Below are positions 61,967 through 64,000 of a DNA stretch of 64,000 bases, one piece after another. The notes under the pieces are model-generated. The model made no database searches. It was not told the DNA's origin and saw nothing but the letters and a program-made list of their open reading frames with translations. The position numbers and the translations under genes were made by a program. Within the stretch, counting starts at the first letter, position 1, and the number at the start of each line of letters is the position of its first letter. This DNA is from an uncultured delta proteobacterium (GTDB lineage Bacteria; Myxococcota_A; UBA9160; SZUA-336), in NCBI GenBank assembly GCA_963704165.1, contig CAVPHD010000001.1:608001-672000 (forward strand). Reading direction: 5' to 3'.

Positions 61967-63700
61967 ATGACCACGTACCTTCACGACGGGATCGCGCTCT
62001 ACCTCGACCGGCTGATCGACTGGGACGACTACTTCCGGCTGCGGAAGGGCGACGCGGTCGATGTCGCCGCCGAACGCGCGGCGCTTCGCGGTGTGCTCGA
62101 GACCTGCGCGGAGATCTGCGCGTCGATCGAGCCGGCATCGCGCGCCGGATGGTGGGAGTCCGCGGTTCTCGAGGACGGACGCGTCGTGCAGCCGGCGCAC
62201 GTGCGCGAAGGCTACGCGAAGCTCGCCGAGGCGGGTTTGGTGGCCTTCGGTGTCGCCGAGCGTTTCGGTGGCTTCGAGCTTCCCACGATGATCGCGAACG
62301 TGATCCTGCAGATGATCTCGCGTGCCGACGCAGCCCTGATGACGGTGATGGGGCTTCAGGCGGGCGTCGCCGAGGACATCCAGCGCTACGCGCCCGAGGA
62401 TCTCTGCCAGCGCTACCTGCCGCGCTTCGTCTCGGGCGAGCTCCAGGGCGCGATGGACCTGACCGAGCCCGGCGCCGGATCGGATCTCGGCGCGATCCAG
62501 ACCCGCGCCGTCGAAGACGCGGGCCGGTACTTCCTCGACGGCCAGAAGATCTTCATCACCAACGGCGGAGCCGAGATCCATCTCGTGCTCGCGCGCGACG
62601 CCGACACCTTCGAGCTCTCGAAGGGGACGACGAAGGGGCTCTCGCTCTTTCTCTGCCCGGCGACGTTGCCCGATGGAAATGCGAACCAAGTGCGCGTCGA
62701 GCGGCTCGAGCACAAGCTCGGCATTCACGGCTCGCCGACGGCGGTCGTGCGCTTCGAGCGCGCCGAGGCCTGGCGGATCGGCGTGAAGGGCGATGGCTTT
62801 CGCGCCATGCTCGATCTGATGAACAACGCGCGCCTCGGTGTGGCGGCGCAGGGCGTGGGCATCGCCGAGGCCGCGGTCGCCGAAGCGATCCGTTACTCGC
62901 GCGAGCGCAAGCAGTTCGGCATGCCGATCGGCGACCAGCCGCTGATGAAGAGCCTGCTCTCCCGGATGGTCACGAGCCTCGAGGGAAGCCGAGCGCTCTT
63001 GTACCGGGTCTCGGCGCTCGTCGATCGGAACACCGCGATCCAGGCGTCGCTCGCGCGAGAGACTTCGCTCTCGGAAGGTGAGCGCGCGGAGCTCGGCCGG
63101 GTCTTCGAACGCAACCAGACACAGATCCGCCTGTTCACGCCGCTCGCGAAGTACCTCGCGACCGAGAGCTGCGACGCGATCACGCGCTCCGCGATCCAGG
63201 TCCACGGCGGCCTCGGCTTCATGGCCGAATCGACGGTGGGAAAGCTCCACCTCGACGGGATCATCACCACGATCTACGAGGGCACGAGCGAGATCCAGGT
63301 CAGCTTCGCGCTGAAGGAGATCGGCAAGGGCGCGCTCACCATCGTCTTCGACGAGCTGCGCAAGGAGCTCGGATCGCTCGGTCAGGTGACGCTGAAGCCG
63401 TTCATCGCGAGGGTTCTCGAAGGAATCGAGCGGATCGAGGAGTCGTCCGTCGCGCTGATTCGCGACTTCGGCTACGCGCTGCTCTCCGCTCAGGCCGTCG
63501 CCGAAATGGTGATCGCCGTGATCGTGTCGACGGAGCTGCTGCGTCAAGCCGAGACTTCACCGGATCGGACCGAGCTTGCAGCGCGATGGGTGCACACGAA
63601 GATGCTGGAACTCGAGAGTCACGCGCGCCGTGTGATCGAAGGTGACGCCGGTCGCATCGAGCGTTGCGAGAAGATCGTTCGACTCTGGAGTGAGGACTGA
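61967..63700 (+). CDS. Acyl-CoA dehydrogenase family protein
   Basis: MDLTEPGAGSDL, GQKIFITNG, EHKLGIHGSPT, RKQFG, IQVHGGLG, IYEGTSEIQ. Confidence 0.92.
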   Translation: MTTYLHDGIALYLDRLIDWDDYFRLRKGDAVDVAAERAALRGVLETCAEICASIEPASRAGWWESAVLEDGRVVQPAHVREGYAKLAEAGLVAFGVAERFGGFELPTMIANVILQMISRADAALMTVMGLQAGVAEDIQRYAPEDLCQRYLPRFVSGELQGAMDLTEPGAGSDLGAIQTRAVEDAGRYFLDGQKIFITNGGAEIHLVLARDADTFELSKGTTKGLSLFLCPATLPDGNANQVRVERLEHKLGIHGSPTAVVRFERAEAWRIGVKGDGFRAMLDLMNNARLGVAAQGVGIAEAAVAEAIRYSRERKQFGMPIGDQPLMKSLLSRMVTSLEGSRALLYRVSALVDRNTAIQASLARETSLSEGERAELGRVFERNQTQIRLFTPLAKYLATESCDAITRSAIQVHGGLGFMAESTVGKLHLDGIITTIYEGTSEIQVSFALKEIGKGALTIVFDELRKELGSLGQVTLKPFIARVLEGIERIEESSVALIRDFGYALLSAQAVAEMVIAVIVSTELLRQAETSPDRTELAARWVHTKMLELESHARRVIEGDAGRIERCEKIVRLWSED

Positions 63701-63819
63701 CTTCGAGCGCGCCGTCGGGTCGAGACTCGCGGCTCGGTCCACGGGAGCCACTTCGAGGCGCGTGGAGCCCCGGAGCTTCTCGAGTACCGTGAAGAGATCT
63801 CGGACTTCGTCTACGAACG

Positions 63820-64000
63820 TCAGCGCCAGGTCGAGTAGCGCTCGAGCAGCGGATGCTGCGGGAACGTGCCCGCCAGCAGCTCCACACGGCGTCGTGTCTC
63901 GTCCGCGTCTCCCGACGCGATCGCCTCTTCGATGTAGCGCTCGTAGGCCCGGTCGAGCCGTCCCCGCCATTCGTTCAGCAGCGGCCCCTCCTCGCTGCCT
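63820..64000 (-). CDS. 3' end of a hypothetical protein (partial)
   Basis: Own translation ..LLNEWRGRLDRAYERYIEEAIASGD..PQHPLLERYSTWR*. Confidence 0.5.
   Translation of the reverse strand, partial: GSEEGPLLNEWRGRLDRAYERYIEEAIASGDADETRRRVELLAGTFPQHPLLERYSTWR

Overview
A 64-kb, very GC-rich (roughly 70% by eye) bacterial chromosome segment. Gene content (TamAB, PEP-CTERM protein, sigma-54 and sigma-28-like promoters, CarH, split cofG/cofH) suggests a Myxococcota/deltaproteobacterial-type genome; this is inference. Most of it is housekeeping or metabolic: tgt, purM, argD, leuCD, cofGH, rfbB, murQ, mutS2, ddl, larE, ampG, purO, Fpg/Nei, acyl-CoA dehydrogenase. There is one IS5/IS1182-like element. 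No rRNA, tRNA or CRISPR array was seen. Many small frameshifts (mainly 13.8-19.5 kb, also ~30.18 kb and ~39.97 kb) look like long-read indel errors, so several gene boundaries are reconstructed. The most interesting items are: (1) a divergent stand-alone DnaA, a LON-N-domain gene and a Wss1/WLM-like metalloprotease ending in a beta-clamp-type motif (QLELF), clustered together; (2) a ~220-nt multi-hairpin intergenic element with terminator/antiterminator potential upstream of a patatin gene; (3) a B12-dependent CarH photoreceptor locus with visible operators and a photolyase that may use the CofG/CofH product; (4) archaeal-type PurO and PurM; (5) widespread apparent leaderless promoters; (6) an Arg-rich leader ORF before argD.
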